From: Escherichia coli
GTDB taxonomy: Bacteria; Pseudomonadota; Gammaproteobacteria; Enterobacterales; Enterobacteriaceae
Assembly: GCF_013122565.1 (NCBI RefSeq)
Contig: NZ_CP053258.1
Reading direction: 5' to 3' (one strand)
Length of the DNA: 64,000 bases
Part shown: one piece after another, positions 11,408 through 22,977 of the stretch
Numbering within the stretch: position 1 is the first letter of the stretch
How the letters are laid out: every line of letters begins with the position of its first letter
Program-made: the position numbers and the translations under genes
The notes under the pieces: model-generated
Told to the model about the DNA's origin: nothing
The model's database searches: none
What the model saw: only the letters and a program-made list of their open reading frames with translations

Positions 11408-13248
11408 TTATTGCGACTGCCGGACACGTTGACCACGGCAAAACAACCTTATTGCAGGCGATTACTGGCGTAAATGCCGATCGTCTGCCGGAAGAAAAAA
11501 AGCGCGGCATGACTATCGATCTCGGCTATGCCTACTGGCCGCAGCCGGATGGCCGCGTGCCTGGTTTTATCGACGTGCCCGGTCATGAAAAGTTTCTTTC
11601 CAACATGCTGGCGGGCGTTGGTGGTATCGATCACGCGCTGTTGGTGGTGGCGTGCGATGACGGCGTGATGGCACAGACCCGTGAGCATCTGGCGATTTTG
11701 CAGCTGACCGGTAACCCGATGCTGACAGTGGCGCTGACCAAGGCCGATCGCGTGGACGAAGCGCGTGTTGATGAGGTTGAACGTCAGGTAAAGGAGGTGC
11801 TGCGGGAATACGGTTTTGCTGAGGCAAAACTGTTTATCACCGCAGCAACCGAAGGTCGGGGAATTGATGCCCTGCGCGAGCATCTGCTTCAGTTACCAGA
11901 ACGTGAGCACGCCAGCCAACATAGTTTCCGCCTCGCGATCGACCGCGCATTTACCGTAAAAGGTGCCGGGCTGGTCGTCACCGGTACGGCGTTAAGCGGG
12001 GAAGTGAAGGTAGGCGATTCACTCTGGCTGACTGGTGTAAATAAACCGATGCGTGTACGTGCACTGCATGCACAAAACCAGCCAACAGAAACCGCTCATG
12101 CCGGCCAGCGTATCGCGCTTAACATCGCGGGGGATGCGGAAAAAGAGCAGATTAACCGTGGCGACTGGCTGCTTGCCGATGTGCCGCCAGAGCCGTTCAC
12201 GCGGGTGATTGTCGAGCTTCAAACCCATACGCCGCTGACCCAGTGGCAGCCGCTGCATATTCACCACGCCGCCAGCCACGTTACGGGACGCGTTTCGCTG
12301 CTGGAAGATAACCTTGCCGAGCTGGTGTTCGACACGCCGCTGTGGCTGGCGGATAACGATCGCTTAGTGTTGCGCGATATCTCGGCCCGCAATACGCTCG
12401 CGGGGGCGCGTGTGGTGATGCTTAACCCGCCGCGTCGCGGTAAACGTAAGCCGGAATATCTGCAATGGCTGGCGTCACTGGCACGGGCGCAGAGCGATGC
12501 CGATGCGTTATCTGTTCATCTGGAACGCGGCGCGGTTAACCTTGCGGATTTCGCCTGGGCGCGCCAGCTCAACGGCGAAGGGATGCGCGAATTGCTGCAA
12601 CAGCCGGGCTATATTCAGGCTGGTTATAGCTTGTTGAATGCGCCGGTTGCCGCCCGCTGGCAGCGGAAAATTCTCGACACATTAGCGACTTATCATGAGC
12701 AACATCGCGATGAACCTGGCCCTGGGCGCGAACGTCTGCGACGTATGGCGTTGCCAATGGAAGATGAAGCGCTGGTACTGTTGCTGATTGAAAAGATGCG
12801 CGAAAGCGGCGACATCCTCAGTCATCACGGTTGGCTGCATCTGCCAGATCACAAAGCGGGCTTCAGCGAAGAGCAGCAGGCCATCTGGCAAAAAGCAGAG
12901 CCGCTGTTTGGTGACGAGCCGTGGTGGGTGCGTGATCTGGCAAAAGAGACGGGTACCGACGAGCAGGCAATGCGCCTGACTCTACGCCAGGCGGCGCAGC
13001 AAGGAATAATTACCGCGATCGTTAAAGATCGTTATTACCGTAACGATCGGATTGTCGAATTTGCCAATATGATCCGCGATCTCGATCAGGAATGTGGCTC
13101 GACCTGCGCGGCGGATTTCCGCGATCGCTTAGGCGTAGGCCGAAAGCTGGCAATTCAGATTCTGGAATATTTTGACCGCATTGGCTTTACACGTCGTCGT
13201 GGAAATGATCATTTATTGCGCGACGCATTATTATTTCCGGAAAAATAA
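11404..13248 (+). CDS. selB: Selenocysteine-specific translation elongation factor
   Basis: 614-aa [25 protein letters not shown]... (GTPase G1 motif), length matches SelB. Confidence 0.95.
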   Translation: MIIATAGHVDHGKTTLLQAITGVNADRLPEEKKRGMTIDLGYAYWPQPDGRVPGFIDVPGHEKFLSNMLAGVGGIDHALLVVACDDGVMAQTREHLAILQLTGNPMLTVALTKADRVDEARVDEVERQVKEVLREYGFAEAKLFITAATEGRGIDALREHLLQLPEREHASQHSFRLAIDRAFTVKGAGLVVTGTALSGEVKVGDSLWLTGVNKPMRVRALHAQNQPTETAHAGQRIALNIAGDAEKEQINRGDWLLADVPPEPFTRVIVELQTHTPLTQWQPLHIHHAASHVTGRVSLLEDNLAELVFDTPLWLADNDRLVLRDISARNTLAGARVVMLNPPRRGKRKPEYLQWLASLARAQSDADALSVHLERGAVNLADFAWARQLNGEGMRELLQQPGYIQAGYSLLNAPVAARWQRKILDTLATYHEQHRDEPGPGRERLRRMALPMEDEALVLLLIEKMRESGDILSHHGWLHLPDHKAGFSEEQQAIWQKAEPLFGDEPWWVRDLAKETGTDEQAMRLTLRQAAQQGIITAIVKDRYYRNDRIVEFANMIRDLDQECGSTCAADFRDRLGVGRKLAIQILEYFDRIGFTRRRGNDHLLRDALLFPEK

Positions 13249-13303
13249 GGCGTTGATTAATTCAAATTAAACGAGAAGTAGATAAAAATTGTTATAAATA
13301 AAA

Positions 13304-13328
13304 AAGCACATTTCAATGTGCTTTTTTA
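13304..13328 (+). terminator. Rho-independent terminator downstream of selB
   Basis: Stem aagcacat (13304..13311) / atgtgctt (13316..13323), loop ttca, followed by T-run. Confidence 0.7.
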
Positions 13329-13419
13329 TTGCGAATGATTAAAAGAGTAATAGCGCTCATATTTTAAATTAAAATATTTTGTAAGCTTCGCGTCATTTTA
13401 TACTCGTTCAGGGTGTTTT

Positions 13420-13696
13420 ATGGCAGCCTCCATCTTTTTTATCCCTTCAGATAATGCCTTTGGCGTAGATTCTTTAAAAGATGCAATGAATATGATGATA
13501 TGGAATATGGCTTTCACCGTACATGGATGAACTGACGAAGAAAGTGGATATCCCGGCAGGCCTACGCGACCTGAACGTGAAAGAAGAAGATTTCGCGGTA
13601 CTGGCGACTAATGCCCTGAAAGATGCCTGTGGCTTTACTAACCCGATCCAGGCAACTCACGAAGAAATTGTGGCGATTTATCGCGCCGCAATGTAA
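13420..13696 (+). pseudogene. yiaY: Remnant of Fe-dependent alcohol dehydrogenase gene yiaY (N-terminal ~35 codons and C-terminal 56 codons, internal deletion with frame change)
   Basis: 13420..13530 encodes MAASIFFIPSDNAFGVDSLKDAMNMM...HG then stop; from 13526 in the +1 frame [56 protein letters not shown] to the stop at 13694..13696. Both ends resemble YiaY termini as I recall them; the ~300 central codons are missing. Confidence 0.7.
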
Positions 13697-13860
13697 TCAT
13701 CATTCCCACAACGGCTGGCAAATTGTCAGCCGCTTTTTCAACTATCTCTGTAATCCTTGCCCGTAAATTCGTGATAGCTGTCGTAAAGCTGTTACCGACT
13801 GGCGAAGATTTCGCCAGTCACGTCTACCCTTGTTATACCTCACACCGCAAGGAGACGATC

Positions 13861-15399
13861 ATGACCAATAATCCCCCTTCAGCACAGATTAAGCCCGGCG
13901 AGTATGGTTTCCCCCTCAAGTTAAAAGCTCGCTATGACAACTTTATTGGCGGCGAATGGGTAGCCCCTGCCGACGGCGAGTATTACCAGAATCTGACGCC
14001 GGTGACCGGGCAGCTGCTGTGCGAAGTGGCGTCTTCGGGCAAACGAGACATCGATCTGGCGCTGGATGCTGCGCACAAAGTGAAAGATAAATGGGCGCAC
14101 ACCTCGGTGCAGGATCGCGCGGCGATTCTGTTTAAGATTGCCGATCGAATGGAACAAAACCTTGAGCTGTTAGCGACGGCTGAAACCTGGGATAACGGCA
14201 AACCCATTCGCGAAACCAGTGCTGCCGACGTGCCGCTGGCGATTGACCATTTTCGCTATTTCGCCTCGTGTATTCGGGCGCAGGAAGGTGGGATCAGTGA
14301 AGTTGATAGCGAAACCGTGGCCTATCATTTCCATGAACCGTTAGGCGTGGTGGGGCAGATTATCCCGTGGAACTTCCCGCTGCTGATGGCGAGCTGGAAA
14401 ATGGCTCCCGCGCTGGCGGCGGGCAACTGTGTGGTGCTGAAACCCGCACGTCTTACCCCGCTTTCTGTACTGCTGCTAATGGAAATCGTCGGTGATTTAC
14501 TGCCGCCGGGCGTGGTGAACGTGGTCAACGGCGCAGGTGGGGAAATTGGCGAATATCTGGCGACCTCGAAACGCATCGCCAAAGTGGCGTTTACCGGCTC
14601 AACGGAAGTGGGCCAACAAATTATGCAATACGCCACGCAAAACATTATTCCGGTGACGCTGGAGCTGGGCGGCAAATCGCCAAATATCTTCTTTGCTGAC
14701 GTGATGGATGAAGAAGATGCCTTTTTCGATAAAGCGCTGGAAGGCTTTGCACTGTTTGCCTTTAACCAGGGCGAAGTTTGCACCTGTCCAAGCCGTGCTT
14801 TAGTGCAGGAATCTATCTACGAACGCTTTATGGAACGCGCCATCCGCCGTGTCGAAAGCATTCGTAGCGGTAACCCGCTCGACAGCGTGACGCAAATGGG
14901 CGCGCAGGTATCTCACGGGCAACTGGAAACCATCCTCAATTACATTGATATCGGCAAAAAAGAGGGCGCAGATGTGCTTACCGGCGGGCGGCGCAAGCTG
15001 CTGGAAGGCGAACTGAAAGATGGCTACTACCTCGAACCGACGATTTTGTTTGGTCAGAACAATATGCGCGTGTTCCAGGAGGAGATTTTTGGCCCGGTGC
15101 TGGCGGTGACCACCTTTAAAACGATGGATGAGGCGCTGGAGCTGGCGAACGACACGCAATATGGCCTGGGCGCGGGCGTCTGGAGCCGCAACGGTAATCT
15201 GGCCTATAAGATGGGGCGCGGCATTCAGGCCGGGCGCGTGTGGACCAACTGCTATCACGCTTACCCGGCACATGCTGCGTTTGGTGGCTACAAACAATCA
15301 GGTATCGGTCGCGAAACCCACAAGATGATGCTGGAGCATTACCAGCAAACCAAGTGCCTGCTGGTGAGCTACTCAGATAAACCGTTGGGGCTGTTCTGA
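13861..15399 (+). CDS. aldB: Aldehyde dehydrogenase B
   Basis: ORF track 13723..15399; start trimmed to [34 protein letters not shown] (512 aa); ALDH family with catalytic Cys context. Confidence 0.95.
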   Translation: MTNNPPSAQIKPGEYGFPLKLKARYDNFIGGEWVAPADGEYYQNLTPVTGQLLCEVASSGKRDIDLALDAAHKVKDKWAHTSVQDRAAILFKIADRMEQNLELLATAETWDNGKPIRETSAADVPLAIDHFRYFASCIRAQEGGISEVDSETVAYHFHEPLGVVGQIIPWNFPLLMASWKMAPALAAGNCVVLKPARLTPLSVLLLMEIVGDLLPPGVVNVVNGAGGEIGEYLATSKRIAKVAFTGSTEVGQQIMQYATQNIIPVTLELGGKSPNIFFADVMDEEDAFFDKALEGFALFAFNQGEVCTCPSRALVQESIYERFMERAIRRVESIRSGNPLDSVTQMGAQVSHGQLETILNYIDIGKKEGADVLTGGRRKLLEGELKDGYYLEPTILFGQNNMRVFQEEIFGPVLAVTTFKTMDEALELANDTQYGLGAGVWSRNGNLAYKMGRGIQAGRVWTNCYHAYPAHAAFGGYKQSGIGRETHKMMLEHYQQTKCLLVSYSDKPLGLF

Positions 15400-15427
15400 T
15401 ATAAGAAGCTGGTCGCATTGGGTATTC

Positions 15428-15518
15428 ATTGCCTGATGCGACGCTTACGCGTCTTATCATGCCTACGGGAACCTGACCGTAGGCCGGATAAGGCGTACAC
15501 GCCGCATCCGGCATAAAC
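15428..15518. repeat. REP elements downstream of aldB
   Basis: gcctgatgcgacgcttacgcgtcttatcatgcctac and gtaggccggataaggcgtacacgccgcatccggc REP-type palindromes. Confidence 0.8.
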
Positions 15519-15941
15519 AAAGCGCACGTTGTTACAATTTACGTTTTAAACCTACGTGCGCAATAACCCAGACTACGCCAACAGAAGTGCGTTTCTGGGG
15601 CGTGTTTTGTCAGGAGTTTAATCTCGCGTTTCGATGGTGAGCGGGCGAACCAGGCCGTAAATCACCATTGGCGTTCCGAGGCCAATCAGCAATAAACGGT
15701 AGATAATTGAAGGTTTAATACGCTTAATCTGTATTGTGGATGTTTTACTGGAGTTATTCATTAGTTTGGCCAATAGTTCTATTATTTCAATATGATAAGT
15801 CTCAGTCTGTTGAAAATCCACGCAGTACACTTCAGAAAGTATATAAAAAACAATATGTCGTTATATAAATAAGGAAATTGCACTGCATCATGGCATTTCA
15901 TAATATGCGTTAATTGTTTTTTTATATTCTTTGAGGAAAAT

Positions 15942-16265
15942 ATGTTCCTGGACTATTTTGCACTGGGAGTGCTTATTTTTGTATTTCTGGTGATATTCTA
16001 TGGGATTATTATTTTACATGATATTCCCTACCTGATTGCTAAAAAACGTAATCATCCACATGCCGACGCCATTCATGTTGCTGGTTGGGTGAGTCTTTTT
16101 ACGCTGCATGTTATCTGGCCATTTTTGTGGATTTGGGCCACGCTTTACCGCCCGGAGCGGGGATGGGGAATGCAAAACCATGACTCCTCCGTTGTGCAAC
16201 TACAACAGCGTATTGCCGGGCTGGAGAAACAGCTCGCTGACATCAAATCCTCTTCTGCCGAGTAA
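15942..16265 (+). CDS. yiaW: DUF3302 small inner-membrane protein YiaW (paralog of YibI)
   Basis: 107-aa [48 protein letters not shown]..., nearly identical N-terminus to the ORF at 7738. Confidence 0.85.
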
Positions 16266-16270
16266 TACTT

Positions 16271-17407
16271 ATGGATTTACTGATTATTTTGACCTATGTG
16301 GCTTTCGCATGGGCAATGTTTAAGATCTTCAAAATTCCTGTAAATAAATGGACCATTCCCACCGCGGCCCTGGGTGGAATATTTATTGTCAGCGGTTTAA
16401 TTCTGTTAATGAACTATAACCATCCGTATACCTTTAAAGCGCAAAAAGCGGTTATTTCTATTCCTGTTGTCCCACAGGTGACAGGCGTGGTGATCGAAGT
16501 GACGGATAAGAAAAATACGCTGATTAAAAAAGGTGAGGTGCTATTTCGACTGGACCCGACGCGTTATCAGGCGCGGGTGGATCGGCTGATGGCGGATATC
16601 GTTACCGCAGAACATAAACAGCGGGCGTTGGGCGCAGAGTTAGATGAGATGGCGGCGAATACTCAGCAGGCAAAGGCCACGCGGGATAAATTCGCTAAAG
16701 AGTATCAGCGTTACGCACGCGGCAGCCAGGCGAAAGTAAACCCGTTTTCAGAACGCGATATTGATGTGGCGCGGCAAAATTATCTGGCGCAGGAAGCCTC
16801 CGTAAAGTCATCGGCGGCGGAACAAAAACAGATCCAGAGCCAGCTGGATAGCCTGGTGTTGGGTGAACATTCTCAAATCGCCAGCCTGAAAGCGCAGCTC
16901 GCGGAAGCAAAATATAACCTTGAGCAGACGATAGTGCGTGCGCCGAGCGATGGTTATGTGACCCAGGTGCTGATTCGTCCGGGTACCTATGCCGCGTCGC
17001 TGCCGCTACGTCCGGTGATGGTGTTTATACCCGATCAGAAACGACAAATTGTGGCGCAGTTCCGTCAGAACTCCTTGCTGCGACTGGCTCCTGGCGACGA
17101 TGCGGAAGTGGTGTTTAATGCTCTGCCAGGTAAGGTATTCAGCGGTAAGCTGGCAGCCATTAGTCCAGCCGTTCCCGGCGGAGCTTATCAGTCGACCGGC
17201 ACCTTACAGACGTTAAACACAGCGCCGGGTTCAGATGGCGTTATCGCGACCATTGAACTGGATGAGCATACTGATTTGAGCGCATTACCAGACGGTATTT
17301 ACGCCCAGGTGGCGGTCTACTCTGATCATTTCAGCCATGTCTCGGTGATGCGCAAAGTACTGTTACGCATGACCAGCTGGGTGCATTACCTTTATCTCGA
17401 TCATTAA
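16271..17407 (+). CDS. yiaV: HlyD-family membrane-fusion-like protein YiaV (paralog of YibH)
   Basis: 378-aa [39 protein letters not shown]...; same length and architecture as the ORF at 8103. Confidence 0.85.
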
Positions 17408-18378
17408 TCTTCGCTTTCCGCCGCTTGTTCAGGCCGCAGTTGCTGCGACTGAGCAAGCTGGTGGCGAATTTCACGCAGCATTTCATCCAGCACATACTGG
17501 ACCCGCCAGGGCTGGTATTCCCGTTTACGGAAGATAGCCACCAGATCCAGCCACCATTCATACGGGTGCTGAAAGCAGGGCACCAGCGTGCCGTCTTGCA
17601 GGTCGCTCTGCACACTTTTGTCTGGCGCAAACACAATCCCCAGGTGATTTCGTGCCAGCTCCAGCGCAGATTGCGTGTTGTCGCAAACGTAATTTCCCTT
17701 CACGCGATAATCCCGCACATCTTTACTCCCGGCGACGTTGAAGCGCCAGATATTCGCGTCGTCGATCATCATCGAGTCGATCAAAATACAGGAGTGATGT
17801 TCGAGTTCGTCAGGACGGCTAATGGGATGTTTCGCAAGATAGCGCTGGCTGGCATAAGCGGTTACGGCATATTGTGTAATAAAACTGGCAACCAGCGATT
17901 CATCTTTTGGTGGGGCGTAGCTGATTAAAACATCACAATCATCGGGAAATTCGACGCCTTCATAAAAGGCATTACGCTCAAGATTGCAGGTTTTTAGCGA
18001 TAAGGTGATATCACCGATATCTTTAATTTTATCGATAACATGTTTGGATAAATAGGTAATTATGCCGGTTGGGGCGTAGATGGTGACCCGACCACGTTTC
18101 TCATGCTTATAATCTGCAATAAAATTATTAAGCTGCTCGTTTCTGTCCAGCATGTCGTTGATGTACGGTAATAGCGCGGTGCCAAAAGGTGTGAGCATCA
18201 GCTGCCGGGTGGTGCGGTCAAAGACTTTTAAACCCACTTTTGATTCAAAATCAGCAAGATATTTGCTGACGTTGGCCTGTGCGATGCCAAGTACAGTCGC
18301 GGCATGGCTGATATTTTCACTGGCAGCGATTACCGAGATAATTTTTAACTCCCGGTACTTAAGTTGTAATTTTGTCAT
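17404..18378 (-). CDS. yiaU: LysR-family transcriptional regulator YiaU
   Basis: 324-aa [48 protein letters not shown]... (N-terminal HTH); 4-nt convergent overlap with yiaV. Confidence 0.85.
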
Positions 18379-18500
18379 CGCAACAGCCCAATTATATATA
18401 ATTTTATATATTACTATATAAATATGAATCTTGCACCGGAGAAATTGTAAGCATTACTATGCCGACTCTTTTTATCTTATTTTAAAATGGAATACCGGAC

Positions 18501-19241
18501 ATGTTAATTAACCGCAATATTGTGGCGTTATTTGCGTTGCCTTTTATGGCAAGCGCAACTGCTTCTGAATTATCCATTGGTGCTGGTGCGGCTTATAATG
18601 AATCGCCTTATCGCGGTTATAATGAAAATACAAAGGCAATTCCGCTGATTAGTTATGAAGGTGATTCTTTTTATGTTCGTCAGACCACGTTAGGTTTTAT
18701 TCTGTCGCAAAGTGAAAAAAATGAACTTAGCCTGACCGCATCCTGGATGCCGCTGGAATTTGACCCTGCCGATAATGACGATTATGCCATGCAACAGCTT
18801 GATAAGCGTGATAGTACGGCTATGGCGGGGGTTGCCTGGTATCACCACGAGCGTTGGGGAACCGTGAAAGCCTCTGCGGCTGCGGACGTTCTGGATAACA
18901 GCAACGGCTGGGTGGGGGAGCTATCGGTTTTCCACAAAATGCAGATAGGTCACCTGTCGCTGACACCTGCGCTGGGCGTTATCTATTATGACGAGAATTT
19001 CAGTGACTATTACTATGGCATTTCAGAGAGTGAGTCCCGTCGTAGCGGTCTGGCAAGTTATTCCGCGCAGGATGCATGGGTGCCCTATGTCAGCCTGACG
19101 GCAAAATACCCGATAGGAGAGCACGTCGTATTGATGGCGAGCGCCGGATACAGCGAGCTGCCGGAAGAGATTACCGACAGCCCGATGATTGATCGTAATG
19201 AGAGTTTTACCTTTGTCACCGGCGTGAGCTGGCGTTTTTAA
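18501..19241 (+). CDS. yiaT: MipA/OmpV-family outer-membrane protein YiaT
   Basis: 246-aa ORF with signal peptide MLINRNIVALFALPFMASATASE and C-terminal ...SWRF beta-barrel terminus. Confidence 0.85.
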   Translation: MLINRNIVALFALPFMASATASELSIGAGAAYNESPYRGYNENTKAIPLISYEGDSFYVRQTTLGFILSQSEKNELSLTASWMPLEFDPADNDDYAMQQLDKRDSTAMAGVAWYHHERWGTVKASAAADVLDNSNGWVGELSVFHKMQIGHLSLTPALGVIYYDENFSDYYYGISESESRRSGLASYSAQDAWVPYVSLTAKYPIGEHVVLMASAGYSELPEEITDSPMIDRNESFTFVTGVSWRF

Positions 19242-19244
19242 TTC

Positions 19245-19375
19245 ACCGATGGATGTCGGTGCGGCTGGCCTACGCTCTCGCACCGACTCGTATGCCTGAT
19301 AAGACGTTTTAAGCGTCGCATTAGGCAATGTACTCCCTACGTTGGATGCGGCGCGAGCGCCTTATCCAACCTCCG
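19245..19375. repeat. REP elements between yiaT and the GH127 gene
   Basis: REP-type palindromes (gcctgataagacg...cgtcgcattaggc; ggatgcggcgcgagcgccttatcc); overlaps the 3' end of the GH127 ORF. Confidence 0.7.
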
Positions 19376-21341
19376 GATGGCGATGCTTTTCCTCATTCAC
19401 CCAGATCCGCATTTCACCTTCACCCCGGTTAGCCCAGCTAAACCACGGGATAAATGTCAGAGTTTGCGGCTGGCGTTTGGCTGGGGCATAGTCGTAATGC
19501 CACAACGGTTGTTGTTCTGGATTGCTCTGTTCATACCGGTAACCCGGTGCCTGGATTAAGATCTTATGGCTGAACAATCCCTTACCTTCAAATGTCGTAA
19601 ATGGCGCATCGGCGGGCAGCCACAGATTATGCAGTGACTCGCCGTTGTCAGCCTGTTCCAGGCAATACACCAGCGGGCCGCGCTGAATCGCCACTTTTCC
19701 GGCGACGTGACGCACCAGCGGGTTACCGTAAACGCGGCGTACCGGCATCGGCAAAGTCAGATTCAGCGTATCGCCCTCCTGCCATTCGCGGGTAATGTGC
19801 AAATACCCTTTACGAATATCCTGCTCGACCTCTTCCCCATTCAATATGATCTGCGGCTGTGTGCACCAGTCCGGCAGACGTAAAGCCAGCGTATGACGTA
19901 CCGGCTGGGGCGATTCAACCGCAATCGTCACCTGCTCCTGCCACGGATAGTTCCCGCTAACCCGCAGGCGCAGCGTGCCATTTTCTACCGGCACTTCCAT
20001 GCTGTTTCCTGCGTATATGTTGATATACAACGCATCTTCACGCGGCGTGTAGAGATAATGACCGATTGAGGTCAGCACGCGGGCGATATTTGGCGGACAA
20101 CAAGCGCAGCCAAACCAACGCTGGCGGATCGGCTTAATGTGATCGTAGATATGGTTGAATTTCAGCGATTTTGGATGTACTTCCAGCGGATTCACATAGA
20201 AGAAATGTTTGCCATCCAGCGCCATGCCGCCGAGCACAGTGTTGTACAGTGCGCGCTCCATCACATCGGCATATTGACTGTCGCCTTCCATTTCCAGCAT
20301 TCGTCGGGCGAACATCATCAGGCCGATGGAAGCACAGCTTTCGGCGTAAACCGTGTCATTCGGCAGATCGTAATCGCTGCTGAACGCTTCGCCGCTACTC
20401 TGTGAGCCAATGCCACCGGTAATATATAACTGACGCTGGGCCATATTGTTCCACAGCCGCAGGCAGTCCTGACGCTTGCTGTCATCGTGACTTAAACGCG
20501 CGAGATGCGCGACGCCGGTCATCAGGTAGACAAAACGTACCGCGTGACCGATGGCGGTTTGCTGTTGCGCAAGGGGCAAATGTGCCTGGCTGTAGGCTTT
20601 GTCTTTCACCATCCACGCCGGGCCGTAGGTGTGCCAGTGCGAGGTCTGCCCGCGCTTTTCATATTCCTGGTCGTAATAGTGCGGTTGCGCACCACGCTGT
20701 TCGACAAAATAGTTCGTCAATGCCAGGTAGCGCGGCTCTTCGGTCACTTCATACAGACGCATCAGTGCCAGTTCAATTTCCGGGTGACCAGGGTAACCGT
20801 GTAACTTACTTTCATCTGGACCAAATACGCTGTCGATATGATCGGCCAGACGGCAAACCACTTCCAGCAAGCGCCGCTTGCCCGTGGCCTGGAAGAAGGC
20901 GACTCCAGCTTCAATCAGATGACCGGCGCAGTAAAGTTCATGACACTCCGCCAGATTGCTCCAGCGTTCTTCGGGCGCTTTTACCGTAAAGTAAGTATTG
21001 AGATAGCCGTCTTCGCACTGGGCGGAGGCGATCAGTTCGATTACCTCGTCGGCGGTTTTTTCCAGTTCGGCGTCCGGCTTCTGGCACAGCGACCAGGCTA
21101 CCGCTTCCAGCCATTTGGCGACGTCGCTGTCCTGAAACACCATCCCGTAAAATTCACCCTCCTGAAGTCCGGCGGCAATGCGAAAGTTTTCAATCGCATG
21201 GCTGGGTTCCGCTTCTGGGATACGATCGTTCAAGGCATCCCACTGATAAGGAATCACCACGTCGCGGACCAGTTGTTGGTACTGACCGAGGAACGGATCG
21301 CTGACCGTCAGTTTATGCAGATCGACTTCCGAAATGTTCAT
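19362..21341 (-). CDS. Glycoside hydrolase family 127 (DUF1680; beta-L-arabinofuranosidase-like)
   Basis: ORF track 19362..21365; start trimmed to MNISEVD (ATG at 21341) because AAGGAG lies 6 nt upstream. Contains YAESCASIG and WFGCACCPPNIAR motifs, matching the Glu/Cys and Cys-Cys signatures I associate with GH127. Confidence 0.75.
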   Translation of the reverse strand: MNISEVDLHKLTVSDPFLGQYQQLVRDVVIPYQWDALNDRIPEAEPSHAIENFRIAAGLQEGEFYGMVFQDSDVAKWLEAVAWSLCQKPDAELEKTADEVIELIASAQCEDGYLNTYFTVKAPEERWSNLAECHELYCAGHLIEAGVAFFQATGKRRLLEVVCRLADHIDSVFGPDESKLHGYPGHPEIELALMRLYEVTEEPRYLALTNYFVEQRGAQPHYYDQEYEKRGQTSHWHTYGPAWMVKDKAYSQAHLPLAQQQTAIGHAVRFVYLMTGVAHLARLSHDDSKRQDCLRLWNNMAQRQLYITGGIGSQSSGEAFSSDYDLPNDTVYAESCASIGLMMFARRMLEMEGDSQYADVMERALYNTVLGGMALDGKHFFYVNPLEVHPKSLKFNHIYDHIKPIRQRWFGCACCPPNIARVLTSIGHYLYTPREDALYINIYAGNSMEVPVENGTLRLRVSGNYPWQEQVTIAVESPQPVRHTLALRLPDWCTQPQIILNGEEVEQDIRKGYLHITREWQEGDTLNLTLPMPVRRVYGNPLVRHVAGKVAIQRGPLVYCLEQADNGESLHNLWLPADAPFTTFEGKGLFSHKILIQAPGYRYEQSNPEQQPLWHYDYAPAKRQPQTLTFIPWFSWANRGEGEMRIWVNEEKHRHPEVG

Positions 21342-21351
21342 CTTGTGCTCC

Positions 21352-22752
21352 TTAAGGCTGTACATGACGCTGACGCAGGTCGGTAGCTATGCGTGACATC
21401 ATAGGATTATTGAGTTTGCAAAAGCGGATCGCCCCTGCCAGCAGCAGGTGAAATAGCGCAGGCAGTAATGTTTCCATCGCCGCGATCCCGCCAAGCGAAC
21501 TGGCGGTCTGGTTTTCCATGCCTGGCTGGTAGGCGACAAAAATAAACAGCAGGCTGATGATCCCGGCGCTGGAGGCCCAGGCCAGCTTGATGAAAAACAG
21601 ATTGAAGGCGAAGTTCATGCCGGAAGAACGTACGCGGGTTTTCCACTCGCCGTAGTCATCGGCAAAGGCCATCAATGAGAAGTGCAGTGGCAATGTGAAG
21701 CCAAGAATTACGCCATTACCGAGGATCACCGCCAGCCACAGCGTTTGATAAGCCGGGCCGGAGGGCAGGAACCACATCAACACCGCCAGCGCAGCGAGGA
21801 GCAGGTTGGTGTAGTAGTAAATTTTGACGGTATCGAAACGCCGCGTTAACGGGCTGACAATCACCGAGCCGATAATGGAGGCGAAGGTGACCATGGTGAA
21901 GAACAGCGACGTGTAGCCCGTACTGCCTTGTAAGACGTAGGTAATGAAGTACATATACCCACCGCCGCGAATATTAAAGACGTTAATCAGCAGGAAAGAC
22001 ATGACCAGCATCAGCAGCAGTTGGTCGTTGTTCCGCAGCCCGGCAAGATGTTCGCGCAGGGTAAATTTCCCCATTGTGGAGAGCGGCACCCGTTCACGAA
22101 CCCAGAAAAAACAGCACAGGAACATCACCACGGCAATGGCGCACAATACGCCGACGCCCAGTTGATAGCCGCGTGCAGCGTTGCCCTGACCGAAGAGATC
22201 TACCATCCACGGTAAGCCTACCGAAACCAGAAATCCCGCTACGCCGCAGAGAACGAATCGCCAGGACTGGCAGGAGATCACTTCATTGTGGCGGGTGGTC
22301 ATGGTGTTGATCAGCGCGCAGTACGGTACGTTGATGGCGGTATAACCGACTGAAAGGAGCAGGTAAGTACCGAACGCCCAGGCGATTTTTACTCCCATGC
22401 TGGCATCTGGCACGGTGAACGTCAGGATGCCGATAATGCCGATGGGAATGGCAATCCATAGCTGCCACGGACGAAAGCGCCCCCAGCGACTTTGCGTCCG
22501 GTCGGCAATGACGCCCATCACCGGGTCGGAGATGGCATCAAACACGCGCAGTGCAATAAACAGCGTGCCAACCAGCGCCGGAGTTAATCCAAAAACGTCG
22601 GTGTAGAAAAAGGTGAGAAAATTCATGATCAGGCAAGTTATTACGGTGCCGCCTGCGTCACCCAGGCCGTAGCCTATTTTTTCCCGTACAGATAACGCAT
22701 CGTCAATTTTACCTTTAGCGATATCAGCGGTAGTAATCGGTGTAGAGGTCAT
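21352..22752 (-). CDS. MFS transporter, glycoside-pentoside-hexuronide (GPH):cation symporter family
   Basis: 466-aa ORF; N-terminal [10 protein letters not shown]...[20 protein letters not shown] motif typical of MelB/UidB-type symporters; about 12 TM segments; stop overlaps the SD of the downstream hydrolase. Confidence 0.8.
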   Translation of the reverse strand: MTSTPITTADIAKGKIDDALSVREKIGYGLGDAGGTVITCLIMNFLTFFYTDVFGLTPALVGTLFIALRVFDAISDPVMGVIADRTQSRWGRFRPWQLWIAIPIGIIGILTFTVPDASMGVKIAWAFGTYLLLSVGYTAINVPYCALINTMTTRHNEVISCQSWRFVLCGVAGFLVSVGLPWMVDLFGQGNAARGYQLGVGVLCAIAVVMFLCCFFWVRERVPLSTMGKFTLREHLAGLRNNDQLLLMLVMSFLLINVFNIRGGGYMYFITYVLQGSTGYTSLFFTMVTFASIIGSVIVSPLTRRFDTVKIYYYTNLLLAALAVLMWFLPSGPAYQTLWLAVILGNGVILGFTLPLHFSLMAFADDYGEWKTRVRSSGMNFAFNLFFIKLAWASSAGIISLLFIFVAYQPGMENQTASSLGGIAAMETLLPALFHLLLAGAIRFCKLNNPMMSRIATDLRQRHVQP

Positions 22753-22884
22753 AGATATTCCTCGTGAATAGGGAGCAATTTTTAGTTTTATTGCAATGAC
22801 CTGATTAATTCTGCCGTGAACGGGAATATCAACAAGGCGAGAAAAGAGTAAAAAAAGGTGACGATTCCGACCTGTATTTAAAAG

Positions 22885-22900
22885 TGTGAAATGGATCAGG
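22885..22900. promoter_or_regulatory. CRP-like half-consensus site in divergent promoter region between GPH transporter and AraC regulator
   Basis: tgtgaaatggatcagg (TGTGA-N6-TCAGG) in an AT-rich intergenic region; weaker than the mtl sites. Confidence 0.35.
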
Positions 22901-22977
22901 TGAAATTAATGTTTTTGATTAATAATCAAAAGGTAATGTGTTTAATCCTTAATAAATAAGCGGGAAATTACATATCA

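Noticed and set aside
15618-15830. 70-aa minus-strand ORF with a hydrophobic stretch between aldB and yiaW
   Set aside because: No convincing ribosome-binding site, sits in an AT-rich promoter region, and no family resemblance; kept only as a remote possibility of a small membrane protein.
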